Positions 61,285 through 64,000 of a stretch of 64,000 bases of DNA are shown piece by piece. The position numbers and the translations under genes were made by a program. The DNA is from Candidatus Eiseniibacteriota bacterium (GTDB lineage: Bacteria; Eisenbacteria; RBG-16-71-46), in the NCBI GenBank assembly GCA_963744995.1, contig CAVUWA010000009.1:288001-352000 (forward strand), given 5' to 3'. The notes under the pieces were generated by a model that was not told where the DNA came from, ran no database searches, and was given only the letters and a program-made list of their open reading frames with translations. Each line of letters starts with the position of its first letter. Position 1 is the first letter of the stretch.

Positions 61285-62228
61285 ACGCGCTCCTCGCCGC
61301 GGCGGCCCGGGCGTACGGGCTCGGCTGGGAACTCAGGCGCCGCGCCTACGCGCTCGGACTCGTCCGGCAGGTGCGCGCCCGCACGCGCGTGGTATCGATC
61401 GGCAACCTGACCGTAGGCGGCACCGGCAAGACCACGTGCGTCCTGCATCTGGCCGCACGCGCCCTCGAAGCCGGTCTCGACGTCGGCGTCGTCTGCCGGC
61501 GCTATCGTCCGGGTCCCGCCGGGGAAGGCGACGAGGAACGCATGTACCGCGAGCGGATCGGGCGGGAGCGCGTCTACGCGGGGACGCGCAAGTGGCGCCT
61601 CGCGCTCGACGCCGCCGCCGACGGGCGGGCCCTGGTGCTGGTGGACGACGGCTTCTCGCACTGGCGGCTGCATCGCGATCTCGACGTGCTGCTGGTGGAT
61701 GCCCAGGATCCGTTCGGCGGCGGCGCGCTGCTGCCCGCGGGACGCCTGCGCGAGCCGCTGCGCGCGGTGCAGCGCGCGGGCGCCGTGGTGCTGACGCGCG
61801 CGCCCGCCCCCCCTGCGCCGGAGCTCGCCCGGGAGATCGCCCGCCTGGCGCCGGCGGCGGCGTTCGCGCGCGCCTCCCACCGGGTGACCGGTGTGCGCGC
61901 ACACGGCGACGCCCCGCGCATGAGCGGGCGCGCATGGCTGGTGACGGCGACGGGCCGCCCGCGCGCGGTCGAGCGTTCCGCACGCGAGGCCGGGCTCGAG
62001 GTCGCCGGGACCTCGTTCTACCGCGACCACCACTGGTTCAGCGACGACGAGGCGCGGCGCGAGGCGGCGCACGCGGCCCGCGCCGACGCCTTTCTTCTCC
62101 TCACGGCCAAGGATGCCGTACGCTGGCCCGCCGCCGGCGGCCCGGCTGCGGTGCTCGAGGTCTCGTGGGCGTGGCATGAAGGAGGCGATGCGGTGGAGCG
62201 CATGGTGCTCGAAGGCGGCGCAGGGTGA
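61281..62228 (+). CDS. lpxK: tetraacyldisaccharide 4'-kinase
   Basis: SIGNLTVGGTGKT, GDE, DDGFSH, LPAGRLRE, DHH, TAKD. Confidence 0.93.
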   Translation: MNALLAAAARAYGLGWELRRRAYALGLVRQVRARTRVVSIGNLTVGGTGKTTCVLHLAARALEAGLDVGVVCRRYRPGPAGEGDEERMYRERIGRERVYAGTRKWRLALDAAADGRALVLVDDGFSHWRLHRDLDVLLVDAQDPFGGGALLPAGRLREPLRAVQRAGAVVLTRAPAPPAPELAREIARLAPAAAFARASHRVTGVRAHGDAPRMSGRAWLVTATGRPRAVERSAREAGLEVAGTSFYRDHHWFSDDEARREAAHAARADAFLLLTAKDAVRWPAAGGPAAVLEVSWAWHEGGDAVERMVLEGGAG

Positions 62229-63862
62229 GCGGCGAGACCGACGTGCTGATCCTCGGCAGCGGCATCGCCGGGCTGATGCTGGCGCTGAACGCGGCCGAGT
62301 ACGGTGAGGTGATCGTGCTCACCAAGAAGGCGGCGGAGGATTCGAGCACCAACTGGGCGCAGGGCGGGATCGCCGCCGTGTTCGACCGCGAGGATTCGTT
62401 CCGCGACCACGAACGCGACACGCTCGCCTGCGGCGCCGGGCTGTGCGATCCGCGCGTGGTGCGGCAGGTGGTGAGCGAGGCGCCCGAGCGGGTGCGTGAG
62501 CTCGAGGCGCTCGGGGTGCAGTTCGATCGCGGCGCGCGCGGCTTCCTGCTCGGCCGCGAGGGCGGGCACTCGCGGCGCCGGATCGTGCATGCGCACGACC
62601 TCACCGGGCGCGCGATCGAGACGGCGCTGGTCGAGCGCGTGCGCGCCCACCCCCGGATCCGGATGGTCGAAGGCCGGTTCGCGGTCGACCTGATCATCCA
62701 GTCGCGCATGCGGCGGCGGGCGCCGAACGGCGCCGACGCATGCTGGGGCGCGTACGTGATGGACGTCGCCACCGGCCGCATCCATCCGCTCACCGCCCGC
62801 GTCACCGCGCTCGCGACCGGCGGCTGCGGCAAGGTCTACCTGTACACGACCAATCCGGACATCGCGACGGGCGACGGCATCGCGATGGCGTACCGCGCCG
62901 GCGCGCCGGTGACCGACATGGAGTTCGTCCAGTTCCATCCGACCTGCCTCTACGACCCGCGCGCGAAGTCGTTCCTGCTCTCGGAGGCGCTGCGCGGAGA
63001 GGGCGCGGTGCTGCGCACCATGGACGGCACGCGCTTCATGCCGCGCTACCATCGCATGGCGGAGCTGGCGCCGCGCGACGTGGTTGCACGGGCGATCGAC
63101 CGCGAGATGAAATTGCGCGGCGAGCCGCACGTCTACCTGGACATCAGCCACCGCAGGACGGCCGAGGTGCGGCGGCGCTTCCCGGGGATCGGCGCGCGCC
63201 TGGCCACCTACGGCTACGATCTCGCGAAAGAGCCGATCCCGGTCGTCCCGGCGGCGCACTACATGTGCGGCGGTGTGCGTGCCTCGCTCACCGGGCGCAC
63301 CGCGCTCCACGGCCTGCTCGCGCTCGGCGAGGTCGCCTGCACGGGCCTGCACGGTGCGAACCGACTGGCCAGCAATTCGCTGCTCGAAGCGCTGGTCGCG
63401 GCGCATCACGCCGGCAGGCAGGTGCGCGAGCGCCTGCGCCGCGCCGGCCGGCCGCCGCGTCCCGCGCCGTGGTCGACGCGCGGAACGTCGCCGCCGCACG
63501 AGAAGGTGGTTTTCGATCACCACTGGGATGCGGTGCGCCGGGTGATGTGGGATCTGGTCGGCATCGTGCGCAGCGACCGGCGCCTCGCCTTCGCCGAGCG
63601 GCGTCTGGCCCTGTTCTCCGAGGAGATCGAGCGCGACTACCTGCGCCTGAAGCTGCAGCCGGATTTCATCGAGCTGCGCAACATCGCGCTGGTCGGCACG
63701 CTCATCGTGCGGGCCGCCAAGGCCCGCCACGAGAGCCGCGGGCTGCACTACACGCTCGACCATCCGCACCGGGCCGCGGGACGCGCGCCGCGCTCGCGTA
63801 CGTTCCGGCGCCGCCGTCCGTTCCGGCGGCGTCTTGCCCGTTCGGCGGCCCTCGACCTATAG
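62225..63862 (+). CDS. nadB: L-aspartate oxidase
   Basis: GSGIAG, WAQGGIAA, EGGHSRRRIVH, QFHPT, PAAHYMCGG, GLHGANRLASNSLLE. Confidence 0.96.
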   Translation: MSGETDVLILGSGIAGLMLALNAAEYGEVIVLTKKAAEDSSTNWAQGGIAAVFDREDSFRDHERDTLACGAGLCDPRVVRQVVSEAPERVRELEALGVQFDRGARGFLLGREGGHSRRRIVHAHDLTGRAIETALVERVRAHPRIRMVEGRFAVDLIIQSRMRRRAPNGADACWGAYVMDVATGRIHPLTARVTALATGGCGKVYLYTTNPDIATGDGIAMAYRAGAPVTDMEFVQFHPTCLYDPRAKSFLLSEALRGEGAVLRTMDGTRFMPRYHRMAELAPRDVVARAIDREMKLRGEPHVYLDISHRRTAEVRRRFPGIGARLATYGYDLAKEPIPVVPAAHYMCGGVRASLTGRTALHGLLALGEVACTGLHGANRLASNSLLEALVAAHHAGRQVRERLRRAGRPPRPAPWSTRGTSPPHEKVVFDHHWDAVRRVMWDLVGIVRSDRRLAFAERRLALFSEEIERDYLRLKLQPDFIELRNIALVGTLIVRAAKARHESRGLHYTLDHPHRAAGRAPRSRTFRRRRPFRRRLARSAALDL

Positions 63863-63863
63863 T
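63834..63863 (+). promoter_or_regulatory. probable sigma70 promoter overlapping the nadB 3' end
   Basis: TTGCCC (63834-63839), 18-nt spacer, TATAGT (63858-63863). Confidence 0.5.
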
Positions 63864-63886
63864 CCGCGGGTCCCGCCGGGACACTC

Positions 63887-64000
63887 ATGAACAGCTCCGA
63901 ACCGACCTTCTGGGACGCGGTCGACCTGATCCGCGAGCAGGACGACGGCTTCCGCCGCGAAGCCTACGGCTTCGTCGTGGCCGCACTCGGCGTCGTGGTG
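63887..64000 (+). CDS. conserved hypothetical protein, Minf_1886-like (3' truncated by window)
   Basis: MNSSEPTFWDAVDLIREQDDGFRREAYGFVVAAL; D..(F/Y)..EAY.FV..AL pattern; only 38 codons visible. Confidence 0.55.
   Translation, partial: MNSSEPTFWDAVDLIREQDDGFRREAYGFVVAALGVVV

Overview
High-GC window from a diderm (LPS-making) bacterium. Genes are tightly packed and almost all on the + strand. The gene mix (lpxC-fabZ fusion, mcsA-mcsB-clpC directly upstream of bamA-skp-lpxD, a Bat-type operon, split purL/purQ) suggests an FCB-related lineage such as Ca. Eisenbacteria; that assignment is inference only. Content is mostly housekeeping: pcrA/uvrD 3' end, gatCAB, purD/E/M/B/L/Q/F, tsaC, a YwlE-like phosphatase, ilvE, rpiB, glyA, a MoxR/vWA/Bat operon, PTS EIIA, a CCA-family enzyme, polyprenyl synthase, rsfS, argS, lnt, asd, truA, an HtrA protease, lysS, lolE/D, mcsA-mcsB-clpC, bamA, skp, lipid A/Kdo genes and nadB. 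I saw no tRNA, rRNA, CRISPR array or mobile element. The most interesting locus is 26.0-28.4 kb. It holds an uncharacterised two-domain protein, then an unannotated 16-aa hydrophobic peptide (MDLILALVNFFGKAGW) with the strongest Shine-Dalgarno I noticed in the window, set in structured RNA, then a polytopic membrane HD-GYP protein. This is a candidate peptide-controlled cyclic-dinucleotide signalling module. Other points: a sigma54 promoter with enhancer-like and IHF-like sites, a bEBP with no sensor domain, a tandem PurS-like protein, degenerate catalytic motifs in ArgRS, the CCA enzyme and PurQ, candidate leaderless mRNAs, and probable indel errors in bamA and lnt. All family calls come from motif recognition by eye; no searches were run.
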